From assembly GCF_036971445.1 (NCBI RefSeq), contig NC_091477.1:27466001-27530000 (forward strand): a stretch of 64,000 nucleotides of DNA, read 5' to 3'. Under the pieces are notes generated by a model. It saw only the letters and a program-made list of their open reading frames with translations. It searched no databases and was not told the DNA's origin. Position 1 is the first letter of the stretch. Each line of letters opens with the position of its first letter. The stretch comes from Narcine bancroftii (Eukaryota). Of the stretch, positions 51,094 to 63,851 are shown one piece after another. A program made the translations under genes and the position numbers.

Positions 51094-52149
51094 CTGAAAA
51101 AGTTATAACCTTAAGTTAAGGATACAAGATGAACATTTTCTGTTTCCAAATCTAAATTTGCTTCTTAAAAGGAACACTGGAAAATTGAGAACAAAAATGA
51201 CAAAATATAAATATGAATTTCACATTGAAAAGTACAATTAAGCATTAAGACTGGACAAACCCGAAGTTGCATGATATACTATATGGCGTAAAATTCATAT
51301 GCTGTACAATTATGAGAGTGTGTTAATTAAATATATGGAAACTCTATTGGTTTTTCAAAAAAATTTCTGAAACATTGCTACTCTGCTTAAATAGTCAAAA
51401 GGTTGAGGTTATGTGAAACACCGAAATCAAAATGTATACACCAACAGTAATTCACAACAATTTCTCTTTCCATTTCAATTTTGTATTATTAAGATTATAT
51501 TCTCAAACTATCAATACTTTAACAATCACATACTATCAGGCAAGGATTACTACAGTATTTAGAATAGAATCCAAAAAAAAGGAACTATTTTATTACATTC
51601 TGGGGAAAATCTGACAGCTGTAGACAGGGAACTTTGCTACATTACTGTAAAACAAACTCAAAAGCTAGCAAATAAAACCATCAATCAATGCAGTCAAAGT
51701 CATACACAGAATGTTAAATAAAGAGAATGAAAAAAGGCTAACAAGTGATCATCACAGTGCACTTCATGAGTTTGTATGAAGAGCAGAGTAATGAACAATA
51801 ATTTCAAATTAACCCACTCAAATATATGTTTAGAAGAGTGCAGATATAGATCAACGGTGCCACATTCTCCAGCCCTATTTAACCTTCAATTTTTTTTCTT
51901 CTGTTCGATTATGAAATGTACTCCTTTCCAATAATTTCAGACTTTTAAAAGTTGCCATTTTTAGTTATAACTTAAATAAATACATTCCTTGACATTTGCA
52001 ACAATGTCAAAATGGATGGCTAAGCATTGCTCCACACAGCACGAAAATTAATACGATTACTCTCCACAACAGCCTCCAGAGTAAAAGCACTACTTTATGC
52101 TAGCCATACAAACCTGAAGATCCATTTCCTGGATGTCCAGAGTTTGCTG

Positions 52150-52365
52150 ATCTCATCTGAAGCAGCAGTTAGAAAACTACATTTGCCCTCAATAGGAGGA
52201 GGAGAAATATAACCCAGGATTCCACTCCTGATTGCTATCCAGTAACTCCAGCTGGTAAACGTGAATGTCAACATCTGTTGAGAACAGGATAAGGCTTAGC
52301 TGTAATGGCATCTGCATCATACAGCTTCCTGATATTTTGTAGGCTCACATATTGCTACCGTGGCT
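52150..52365 (+). mobile_element. Ancient SINE-like relic (recalled as AmnSINE2-like)
   Basis: ccaggattccactcctgattgctatccagtaactccagctgg...gaacaggataaggcttagctgtaatg...taggctcaca resembles a recalled ancient vertebrate SINE core; needs a Dfam check. Confidence 0.4.
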
Positions 52366-52434
52366 AACATTTGTAAAAATCATCAAAGCGAGGGTCCTTA
52401 AAACAATGTTTCTTTAAAATTTAAATCCACATTT

Positions 52435-52636
52435 TTAAACTTTCGGCCCAAGAGCCCTTGCTGCCAAAATTCCCTAATTAACCTACAAACACTGTATGCC
52501 TTGAAGGGTGGGAGGAAACCGGAGCACCCGAATGAAGCCCACACAGAAACAGGAAGAACCTACAAACTCTTAACAGATAGCACTGGATTTTATAGATGGT
52601 GCTGTTATAGCACTGCACTAACTGCTACATTAACCC
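52435..52636 (-). mobile_element. tRNA-derived SINE (V-SINE/HE1-like)
   Basis: tgggaggaaaccggagcacccg...cccacacag...tacaaactc on the plus strand. Confidence 0.8.
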
Positions 52637-54251
52637 AATGTCATGGTGTTGCAGGGATAAATCGGAATTAAGGCATCTCTTAATTATCTCTGATATCATT
52701 CTTATTTGCTTCTACTTTTGTCTTCTTGTCTCATTTTTAAAAAAAAATATAAACATGGCAAATAGTAAGTGTTATGGGAGCCATCAACAGCTGAATATTT
52801 ACAGCCAAATTTACACCTCCACTATCATTCCTATTGATCACACATACAATCAGCAAAACAAAATGGACAACCATTATTTGATGTCCATCACAGTGCCCAA
52901 GTTAACTGTGGGGCACAGAAAACAAATTTATTTTTACCATCACAAAAACATGGAACTAATATGGTAAATTTCAACTCCATGCAAATTTCATACATTACAT
53001 TATAGTATTATATCAAGTCACAACCAAATCGTTCTTGACAGGAGTCTGGAAAAAAATATGACGTGTTTTCCTTGGACATAAAAAACACAAGTTTTCCATT
53101 TTATTTTGAATAACAAGACTTCAATGTTCTAAAACATTGTCAATTCTCTGAAATGTAAAATGTATTCAAGTCAAAATGAATACTTCACAATCTTTGCAAA
53201 TTAAGATACACGGGTATCCATCTACAAAATCAGGATTTAACAATGGAAAAGATTTGGCTCCAGAGATCTTCAAAATATTGGTATAAAGTCATATTTACGG
53301 TTGTACTGTCTTTAATTTCTCATGGAACAAATGCAGTGAGCAGTTAAAACACAAATGATGAAGTGATCACTCAACAAAAGTTAACCATCCTCCATGGGAT
53401 ATACCACATTATCACAAGGTCCAGAAAATCAGCAAGACTAGGCAAAATGAACAGGTTGTCACCACTGTAACCTGTAACATAAATCCACAAATACTTCTCA
53501 TCTACCTAACAGAATTAGGAATATGATAGAACATTTTCTCATTAAAGCAGCTCCAAATATATACATTTTTAAAATCTTGACTACATCTATCTTATCCACT
53601 CCATCCAACCAATGCTGTTGGCTTTAATCTGTTCAATGGATATTAAACTATTCCACCTTAAAGAGTTCTTTGATAATAGTTCCCAAATCTGAGACCTCTC
53701 CCACCAAAAAAAATATGGCAGCTAGAATGCAGGAACACCCATATCTCAAGTTGCAGAGTATCCTAACATTGGTATATATTGCAATTTCTCACCTATCTAA
53801 ACAAAACTAGAACTCAATATTAACATATTTTAACTGTTTTCTGACAACCTTGGCCTGCTCTTGTGCCTGAGCAGGGTTGCAATCATGTGGCCAGCTTGCA
53901 GTTCATCAAGAAATCATCCAAGCCAACTACCTGCTCAACCATCCTGAATCCTGACAAGGATTATCCATGCCCAGATAGAGGGACCATACAGTGTCCTCTG
54001 CCTTGCTGGAGACCTTTCCAGATTGATGGGCTCCAGATGGGCTGGAGTACATCTTGAACAGTGAAGATTGCCTTTTAATCTTAAACTGTGATCAAATTAA
54101 ATAAATAAAGTTATTGTTTAACAAAATGTTGGACTATGGTTAAGGGCCATAATTCATGGTCTTCCTGACATTGCACACAAATTAAAATGTCTTAAAGCCC
54201 CAAGAACTATTCACTTTGAGTTTATAAGTGAATAAATGACGGATTAATGTC

Positions 54252-54717
54252 CACGCTGCTGCTGAAGATCCAGCTGCGCTGGATGGGTCACGTCTCCAGA
54301 ATGGAGGACCATCGCCTTCCCAAGATCGTATTATATGGCGAGCTCTCCACTGGCCACCGTGACAGAGGTGCACCAAAGAAAAGGTACAAGGACTGCCTAA
54401 AGAAATCTCTTGGTGCCTGCCACATTGACCACCGCCAGTGGGCTGATAACGCCTCAAACCGTGCATCTTGGCGCCTCACAGTTTGGCGGGCAGCAGCCTC
54501 CTTTGAAGAAGACCGCAGAGCCCACCTCACTGACAAAAGGCAAAGGAGGAAAAACCCAACACCCAACCCCAACCAACCAATTTTCCCTTGCAACCGCTGC
54601 AATCGTGTCTGCCTGTCCCGCATCAGACTGGTCAGCCACAAACGAGCCTGCAGCTGACGTGGACTTTTTACCCCCTCCATAAATCTTCGTCCGCGAAGCC
54701 AAGCCAAAGAAAGAAGA
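54252..54717 (+). mobile_element. Young RTE-clade LINE, 5'-truncated
   Basis: Uninterrupted ORF C-terminus LLLKIQLRWMGHVSRMEDHRLPKIVLYGEL...CNRCNRVCLSRIRLVSHKRACS*, CpG retained, short AAGA/AAG tail. Confidence 0.95.
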
Positions 54718-54945
54718 ATGTAATATAATGAAATATCAAATGAACAAGTTACATAAAGTGTGTGACTGCAAGAGCAGGTCAGATGCAAGGTACCCTGTGA
54801 CAAATGAAACTTCCAGATATCTTAAAGACCTCCCAACTTTTTACAAGGCATGTGTCAGGTGATGAACCGTGTTAGTCATTTGTCTGGGTGAGGGTAATCC
54901 CAACCTCAACTGCATGGAGGCTTCTTGACTGCCCCCGCTCCCCCA

Positions 54946-56016
54946 CATTCCACCAAGAGGACCGAGTCCTCATTCCACCAAGAGGACCGAGTCCTCATTC
55001 CACCAAGAGGACCGAGTCCTCATTCCACCAAGAGGACCGAGTCCTCATTCCACCAAGAGGACCGAGTCCTCATTCCACCAAGAGGACCGAGTCCTCATTC
55101 CACCAAGAGGACCGAGTCCTCATTCCACCAAGAGGACCGAGTCCTCATTCCACCAAGAGGACCGAGTCCTCATTCCACCAAGAGGACCGAGTCCTCATTC
55201 CACCAAGAGGACCGAGTCCTCATTCCACCAAGAGGACCGAGTCCTCATTCCACCAAGAGGACCGAGTCCTCATTCCACCAAGAGGACCGAGTCCTCATTC
55301 CACCAAGAGGACCGAGTCCTCATTCCACCAAGAGGACCGAGTCCTCATTCCACCAAGAGGACCGAGTCCTCATTCCACCAAGAGGACCGAGTCCTCATTC
55401 CACCAAGAGGACCGAGTCCTCATTCCACCAAGAGGACCGAGTCCTCATTCCACCAAGAGGACCGAGTCCTCATTCCACCAAGAGGACCGAGTCCTCATTC
55501 CACCAAGAGGACCGAGTCCTCATTCCACCAAGAGGACCGAGTCCTCATTCCACCAAGAGGACCGAGTCCTCATTCCACCAAGAGGACCGAGTCCTCATTC
55601 CACCAAGAGGACCGAGTCCTCATTCCACCAAGAGGACCGAGTCCTCATTCCACCAAGAGGACCGAGTCCTCATTCCACCAAGAGGACCGAGTCCTCATTC
55701 CACCAAGAGGACCGAGTCCTCATTCCACCAAGAGGACCGAGTCCTCATTCCACCAAGAGGACCGAGTCCTCATTCCACCAAGAGGACCGAGTCCTCATTC
55801 CACCAAGAGGACCGAGTCCTCATTCCACCAAGAGGACCGAGTCCTCATTCCACCAAGAGGACCGAGTCCTCATTCCACCAAGAGGACCGAGTCCTCATTC
55901 CACCAAGAGGACCGAGTCCTCATTCCACCAAGAGGACCGAGTCCTCATTCCACCAAGAGGACCGAGTCCTCATTCCACAAGAGGACCGAGTCCTCATTCC
56001 ACAAGAGGACTGAGTC
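54946..56016. repeat. 25-bp tandem array: 41 perfect copies plus 2 variant units, each with a small hairpin
   Basis: (cattccaccaagaggaccgagtcct)n, containing GAGGAC-cga-GTCCTC across each unit end. Confidence 0.99.
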
Positions 56017-56131
56017 AGGGATATGTAGAATCTGTAAAATTCACTGTAATTATTTACCTAGGCTGTTCTGACAACCGTTCCCCAAATCCAGCATTGAGGA
56101 TAAGAGCCTTAAGTACATGGGAACTGCTACA

Positions 56132-56816
56132 TAGATACTCCCCGACTTATGACCTACCCTGTCCATCCACACAGATGATCAGAATTTTAAAAAATATACA
56201 TATGTGCAATATAGTGCAATTTTGTGCCTGGCACACAGTCGCCATTCTGTAGGCACGCTGGAAAGATGGCAAGAGGAAAAATCTATCACTAACCGATAGA
56301 TTGTCTCACCACCATTTCAACAATTTTAAAAGGACAAAAAGAAAATGCATGAAGCTATAAAGGTTCTGCAAGTATGAAAAGCCATCTTGATTCCTGTGCA
56401 CATGCACGGTGGGTTCACGTATTGGAGTTCAGTGGTGCACACACAAGAATTAAGAGCATGAATTCAATATTGTTAGGGTGCTTAACTCTCACAAGTGCCA
56501 ACTGAACTCCAATACGTGAACCCACCGCACATGCACCAACTGAAGACTCACGCATGCACACAGGAATCAAGATGCTCATGCCCAGCTGTCGGATTCTGGG
56601 ACACTGACAAACAAGGTGAGCATTGTCCAGAATGTGGATTCGCCAAGGTTGATCAATAAATTAAAATCCATGATTTAAAAAAAAAAAGATTTGATTAAAA
56701 TGTTTGCTTTAAGGTTTTGGTACTCCATGTGCTTGGGCAAAATTCAGACTTGCATCCATTCCGAGATATGGCCGATCCTTCGGTCTCAATTATAGTCATA
56801 AGTTGGGGACTACCTG
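56132..56816. mobile_element. Tigger/pogo-type MITE with an internal inverted repeat
   Basis: Termini tagatactccccgacttatgac / gtcataagttggggactacctg, followed by TA. Internal arms at about 56383-56435 and 56498-56575. Confidence 0.82.
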
Positions 56817-57129
56817 TATTCACATCCAAGTTGAACTACTATGATTTAGAAAAATATTTGCTATTCCTTCTTTATCAGTGAGTCTACATCATGAAGCCCC
56901 CTACCTAATTGTATGGTGGTAGTAACTTCTCTCGTAGAACAGTACTGAGCAATACTAAGAAAAAAATAGTAGCAGCTCCAGAAAGAGCAGGGAGCAGAGA
57001 TAGAGTATTCTTCCACAGGGTTCTACCGCCCAGTCCTATGCCCAAGTTACAACAACTCCATACAGGCCTTTAATGGCCTGTTAAAGGAGCCAAACCATGT
57101 TTTATTTTAAAATCCTGCAACCATGGGGT

Positions 57130-57756
57130 CTGGGTCCAAGATGTTGGGGCCTGTCCTAGCAGTGGTCTCAAGGAGTTGCAGACTCTGGGGAAGTAGTGAC
57201 CTGAAGCAAGGCATGAGAAAATGGGGAGAACATCCCACGTTGGAGAAGGAAAAGCAGTGGAAATGACCTTACAGGACAGTGACCACGGTGGAGGGCCAGT
57301 GAGGGGCTCTGTCTGCAGTTAAAGAATACAGGCATCAGCCTGTTGGGAAACAAGGTGAGGAACACACAGGCTGTGGCTGACTTGCAGTCAATTAACTCAT
57401 ACCCAGCTGCAGACTTGCTAAAGGGATACCATGTATTATAAACAATAGTAATGGCTGCCAAGCGGCCTTGGACACTGAAGGCTTCCTGATTGTGTAAGGT
57501 TTGGATCTGGAACTCAGGTGGCCAATGATTTGGACTCAAGTCTGTGAGGCTGCAGAGGCTACAGAAGTGTAGAAGGCAAAACCTCAGACACTCAGCGACT
57601 CTGAAGGGACTCAGCTTCTGCTTCTCTTTCTGACTGTAAGGTGGCGTCAGGCAATTTCTGCTGATCACGAATCTTTGTCTGCCTTATGGCAGACTAAATG
57701 CAATGTCATGCAATAAAACAGATGCAATATTACATAACAATAAAAGAATCTTGAAA
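57130..57756 (+). mobile_element. Non-coding retroposon fragment with a Rex/Babar-like tail
   Basis: Ends taacaataaaagaatcttgaa, similar to the Rex-like tails in this window; the body is not recognisably coding. Confidence 0.4.
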
Positions 57757-59927
57757 GTGTTAGTAACTTTTGGCCTTGCCAACTATACCCACATTCTAAA
57801 AATTGAATTTCGGAAAGCAACATTACAGCTGATGAACAATAAAATGTCTTCTACTGCAACACAAAAGCCATGGCACAAACAAAAACTACTGCTTTTAAGA
57901 TGCTTAAGCTTTAGTAATCTCTAACTACATTAAGCAGAAGTTACTCAGCTCTATGTTGAAGCTTTTAATTCTAACAGTTCTTGACCACATCACTTTCACA
58001 TCTTCATTTAGATTCACAATTCAGGTAACAAATCAGAAATTACTATCAAGAATAAACAAAGAGAGGGAGGGGCAGATAAAGAAAGGAAAGGGAAAGAAGT
58101 AATTTGTCTACTTAAAAGGTTCATGGCAGAATGCTGGAAAATGTGAACGGTTTTCCATATCTGGGGTGCCATCTAAGCAAAAAAAAAATCATGTAATTAA
58201 CCACTGTTCCCTCACTGCCTTTAGTTTGTTTAGAAATCAGAAAGCTCAAGACCTAACAAAACTCATGGTCTGACCTCCTTCCTGCATGTTTCTTTGACTT
58301 TTACAACCGGCACACATCTCCAGCAGTGAAAAGCACCACTACTAACACTCCCTCTGCAAAACCCCCCTGATTAACTGATAGAATGAATTAACCAATGCCA
58401 GTGTCCTCTAGTAGACAAGCATCCCCAGTACTGGGGCACCAGCTATTTTGAACAAGGCCATGTTGTTTTCATGTCTGATACCATACTTCCAAAAAAGACA
58501 TTGAAAGCTGTCAAGAGATACCAGAGGAAAAGATTCAAGAATGAGTTTAAGACTCTTTGAATTAATTCAGCGTCCTTCCTGTGCATTCACTAGCCCATAT
58601 TTACAAAGTAGAGAAGGAACAACAGTATGAACAGACAAACTCATGACTCCCCTACCCACCATAATTTCAGTTAGTCAATAATTGTACACCAATAAAGACT
58701 GCCTAGAGTAGAAATGTAATTGATTTGCAACTATTGGTAATTCAATCAAAGTTGCGCTGAATGCTCATTTAACATATAAATCTACCAATTTTGATGATTT
58801 GCTTCAACACAAAGTACAAGCTAATTGTTCCAAATATTTAATCTCTGCATCATGACAGAAACAAGAATATTAAATATATGAATGCAATTCCATGCCCAAT
58901 AGCAGCATTTAACAATGTTACTAATCTTCACAAGATAATCAATCTGAAATGTCAATTCTATTTCTCCTTCCCAAACTACTAAAGATTTTTGATTTTTAGA
59001 TACCTGTATTGGGGATCATAGATCTTTATAACACTGAAGTTAACACTTTATGCAGGTTAGGCTATTTAAATCAGCTCAATTCTCCAAATGATCTGCAAAT
59101 TCAGTCAAATGGCTCTCTAATTCTCTTTTGAAAGCCCTGAGTATTCCCATTAACAATTATAACTACTATCCATAATCACATTTCTCATATCCCTCTCTTT
59201 TGCGCAATTCTTTGAATGTCACCTCAGCCCTTAAACTAACAGAAACAGTTATTCTCATTTACCCTAAAATCTATCATAATCTTCTTCACAATTAATCTAA
59301 ACGATCTAAAATTCCTAATTCCTAAAACCATTCTAGCAGTTTTTCCTGAAACTTTTCCCAGGCCTTCATATCCCTCCTAATGTGCAACAGCCAGAAGAGG
59401 ACAATTTTCCAGTTTTTGCCAAATCAATATTTTCCAACGATCAAGCTATTTTTTTTAAGATCAGCTCAAAGAAACAAAACTATGCAGCCAAAAAAAAAAA
59501 TGTAGCTTTCTTCTGAATAGTTGGTAACCTATTCAAAAAAAAACTAAATTCAGCTAATTATATTCAATAAAATGACCAATGATCTTAAAAATTGAGCCAT
59601 ATTATACTTAATTCAGCTGGCAACCCTGTTCTCACTCCCTATAGTATTCCCACAGTTGATTACTCTCAGCAGTTCAAAAGATCCAAACAACCTCAAGGAT
59701 TTGCTGCTATAATCATTCCCCAAGCAGCAAAAAGGCCTCAGGCAATAGATCCTGAAGCAACACCTCTGGATCGTCCTGTTGGCCTTTAAACACCTCTAAT
59801 GTCAACTTTTTATTTTTGGAAGTCACTGACAGTCAACTGAAACAAAATAAAATATTAAATACATTTAATACTTAGAAACTGAAATTATTTTTAAGATGAG
59901 GTCAACCAAGGAAAAAAATTTGAATCT

Positions 59928-61172
59928 CTTGGACTGTTTCCGTGCTGTAAACGGTTATATGGTTGCTTGCTGAAGAGATGGACCCAAACACTGAACGGTT
60001 TTCTCGGGAGGGGAATGTTCATGCAGTGTTTGTTGCATATTAAGAAAATTTTATGAAGAAAAGAAAAAGCAAATTAGACAAACACTGGTTATATTCCTGA
60101 AGAAGCCAACACCTCCCCAAGAAGAGCCTTACAGTCATGACAGAAGACTCTTTTATAGAGTGAAAAAAATGCGACCATAAAGGCAGAGATTCTTTGCCCT
60201 TGCATTGTTGAACTTAACATCTTAAATGCTCTGTGAATGGCTCCAAGGTGCTGACTCCAATCCCTTTTCAACCTTGTGTCAGAGGTGGTGCGGAGCTCCG
60301 CTACGCATATAAATTCACTGCCACTGCAAGTAGATAGCTAGGGAAGAGTTAATGATGTCACAATGATGATTGTCATGGTGATTAGTGCTGGGGTTAGAGC
60401 TCCCCCCTGCCACCCAGAAATGTCCTCTTATTTTCTCTTTCTGCCCCTTCCTCCTTCACCAAGGCAGTTGAGACTGAGGAGCTGGAGGCCCTGCAGGGGC
60501 AAGGAGAGTCAGAGGCCACCGGGGGCAGAAGGCAAATGGACCTTCACAGCCTCGGAGGAAGGAAGACAGTTGCTGAGGAGTGGAGATGGAGAAACAGAGC
60601 TGGGGAGTCCGATGGATGCAAGAGGAGAGCAAAGAGGTGGAGGGGCAGTGCCAAGCAGAAGAGTTGGAAGAATGATCAATGGCCATCTTCATTACCCATA
60701 ATCCCACATACAGCTGGAACTGCTCTGCATTTCCCAGAGTAGTTCCAGCTGTGTTGGGGATTATGGATAACAAAGATGGCTGTTGCTCGGAACATATGTT
60801 AGACCTCATGGTGCTCTTTTTAGGGCTGCTCCGTAAAAAGGTAAGTTCAAATTTTTCTCCGCGGAAGGAGCCGACCTCGAGGCAGAGGCCTGGCGTAAAA
60901 GCACCCAGAGTGACAGTTCTTCAATGGACAGTTCATCAACCTGAAACTCTTCCAGTGGAACACTGAGGAAGTTGAGAATAGTGAAGTGTATGATCCTGAT
61001 ACTCTTTGTTAAATTTTGTATGATATAGGCAAAGCAAGTGTTCACATAAAAGTTTAAAAAGTGAAAAAAATTAAACAGTTTAATTTAGTGTAAGTTCAGT
61101 ATCTCACATAGATTTGCTAAGTATTTACAGTAATATTTGCACAACGTTCATATGGCATAATGCCCAATTTCT
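59928..61172 (+). mobile_element. 3' part of a Tigger transposon, interrupted by a MITE
   Basis: EEMDPNTERFS...YEEKKKQIRQTLVIFLKKPTPPQEEP, then PETLPVE...EVENSEVYDPD after the insert. Matches the recalled Tigger1 C-terminus. Confidence 0.8.
60146..60906. mobile_element. GC-richer MITE-like insert with a central ~100-bp hairpin
   Basis: Splits the Tigger coding remnant. Inverted repeat 60681-60781 is related to 39513-39589. Confidence 0.55.
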
Positions 61173-61679
61173 GTATTACAGATGAAATGCGAATCAAATA
61201 ACAATTGTAAAATGTCTTTCTCGCCCCTGGGTTCTCCTTTGATGCTTGAAAGTACTTGCATTGTACATGGTCAAATTATGTATCTCAATTACATGATAAA
61301 ATTTTGGTTTGGTCGTGTTCTGTGAGAGATAAATGACCAGGAAGAAAGCTCTTGAACATTTATGACTAGGCATATCTAAATATCTGTTTATTGAAATATT
61401 CAAAAGACAAAACTGCAGAAAGTAAAGTTTGCTTTTCTGCATTGCAGCCTGAATCCTGAAGTGGAAGTTAAGACTCTCATAATTTACTGGGAATTGAAAA
61501 TTGCAGGTTGGGTTTACTGTGCAGGCCAACTTGTCTCTCATTTTCATATCTGTATATCCAATAGCTGAAGTAAGTCAGATGTCAGCATACTTGAGTTGAA
61601 AGTCTAGAATAATGCACTAAAGATGCATGGTGTTTTTGAATGGGATTGCAAACTGATGGTCTGCAAAGAATTTGATTTA

Positions 61680-62665
61680 CCCCTTAACAGTGAACCTCTT
61701 CTGCACCTATTCTTCTTCTTCTGCAGTTTCCTCTTCCCTTGCCTCCTCTTCAGCTATTTGCCCTTGTTCCAGCAATTCTTCATTTGTTAGTTCCTCAGGA
61801 ACCACCTCGAGGAGTTCTTCAATGTTCTCATCATCTTTGTCTAGGTTCAGGTTGTTGTTTACCATGTTGACAACAGCTTTATTAATCCTTGCAATCTCAT
61901 CATCTTTTTCAAATCCCATATTATTTCAGTATTTTTTTCCCCCATTTGTCATTCACGGACTCCTTGGTCACATCATCCCAGGCCCAAGCAAGGTTCTTTA
62001 TGCAGTGGAAAATGTTGTACTCCTTCCAGAACTGCATCAGTACCTTGCCAGTATCATCAGTTGCACCAACAGCCTGAACAAGATAGTAGACCTCAGGTAG
62101 TAGGCCTTGAATTCTTCAATAACACCTTGGTCCATTGGCTGGATTAAAGAGGTGGTGTTTGATGGGAGTAACACCACTTTGATGTTGGGGTGAAAGACAC
62201 CCATGAATGGGGGAATAGTCTATAATTATCAAAATCTTGAAAGGAATGCAAGCAGTACTTCTTCATTTCACTGGCATAGTAATCAAGAAGTGCACCCTTA
62301 AACAGCATATGTCATCCAGAACTTTTTATCGTTCCTGTAATAAACAGGTAAGGTGGGTTTGTTAATGTTCTTGAAAGCCCTGGGGTTTTCACTATACCAA
62401 ATAAAAATGACTTGAACTTGTAGCCAGCAACTTTGCCTTCTAACAACTTTGCCACTCTGTCTTAAAAACTCTTAAAGCCTGGCATTGACTTGGCCTCCTT
62501 ATGGATGAAGGTCTTTTCAGACATTTGCTTCCAGAATAAGGCAAGGTTTCATCCATATTAAAAATTTGCTGGGGCAAATAACCTCCCACAACAATTAGCT
62601 TATCAAAAGTTTCAACAAATTATTCAGCTCCAGCACTCACAAACTCACCACTCACTTTCACATTG
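61680..62665 (-). mobile_element. Tigger (pogo) transposase pseudogene fragment, DDE domain
   Basis: [67 protein letters not shown] and RFTVKG. Confidence 0.92.
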
Positions 62666-62667
62666 GC

Positions 62668-63851
62668 CCAAAATGTCTCAAAATTCTCATATGTTTCAAA
62701 AGATAATCAATTTTTGGATATTTAGTTTCTTAAGGGGATTATAAATGTTGACACTTGTTATGAAAGGGTTAATTAATGTCATTTAAACAAATGAGAAATA
62801 AATATGGAATAACCCAAAGTGTTTTTTTTTTGTTATTTTCAAATGAGAGCATATTTGATGGACAAGCTAGGACCAACTATGTTGTTACCTACTTGTAGTG
62901 AAGTAGAAATTCTTATTAGGAGAGGAATTGTTAAGAAATTTACTTCTACAATATATTCTTTATTACAAATAGGAACTCCTGAATGTGGAGTTCATAAATC
63001 TAGACAGAGGTGGGAACTAGGTTTTAATATTGCAATTGATGAACAAAAATGGGAAGATCTTTGCAGAGATTGTATGACTAACATTATTAATGTAAGGTAT
63101 AGATTTTTTTTTATACATCAGTTTTTTTTATACATCAGTTACATCTTACACCACAAAAATTGAATAGATTGAAATCAGATTTATCAGATCAATGTTTTAG
63201 ATGTGGAAATGGATGAAAGTTGCATTCAACTTGGTCTTGTCTCAAAGACCTTTTTGGATGGATTTAGGGAATTTTTTGGAACAAGTTACAGGTGTTGCAT
63301 TCCACAAAATCCAGATTCATTTTTATTTGAAAATATTGAAGGAACAAGACTTAAATTAAAACTGTCAATATATTAATTGGAATTTGTTAAAGTTGAACTT
63401 GTACTGCAGTTATTTGGAAATCAGATGTGCGCTTAGGTATGGCAAGATAGAATGCAGAAATTCAAAGTTGTATTCCTTTGGAAAAAATTACATATTATTT
63501 GAGAAATAAATATACTATATTTTTACAAATTTGGCATCCATATACTCAAATATTAGTTTTAAATTTGTAATGTTTTGCTTTTTGACCACTGGAAGAATTT
63601 CCTCTGAATTGTATTAAAAAATTCTGTTTAAACAATTAGGTAGGTTTAAACATCCCTCTGTGCAATCCTGAAAGTCTCTTTTTTTTCTTTTATTTTACAT
63701 AGCTATAATGTATCTTTTATATTAATTATTTTGAGGGTGGGGGGCACATACCATCATATATGTAGTATCTAGTGTTATCTTTTTGCAATTTGTATTACAT
63801 TAATCTTTGACTACTACATGTATGGAGAAAATTTTAAAAATATTCAAAAAA
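62668..63851 (+). mobile_element. L1-clade LINE 3' end (ORF2 C-terminus, 3' UTR, A-rich tail)
   Basis: FFCYFQMRAYL...IDEQKWEDLC...LTPQKLNRLKSDLSDQCFRCG...HSTWSC zinc-knuckle region. Confidence 0.85.

Noticed and set aside
54888-56252. 454-aa and 362-aa ORFs; CRISPR-like palindromic repeat
   Set aside because: Head-to-tail 25-bp units with no spacers, no cas genes and a vertebrate intronic context.
61672-62100. 142-aa Ser-rich plus-strand ORF
   Set aside because: Antisense of the Glu-rich Tigger transposase remnant.
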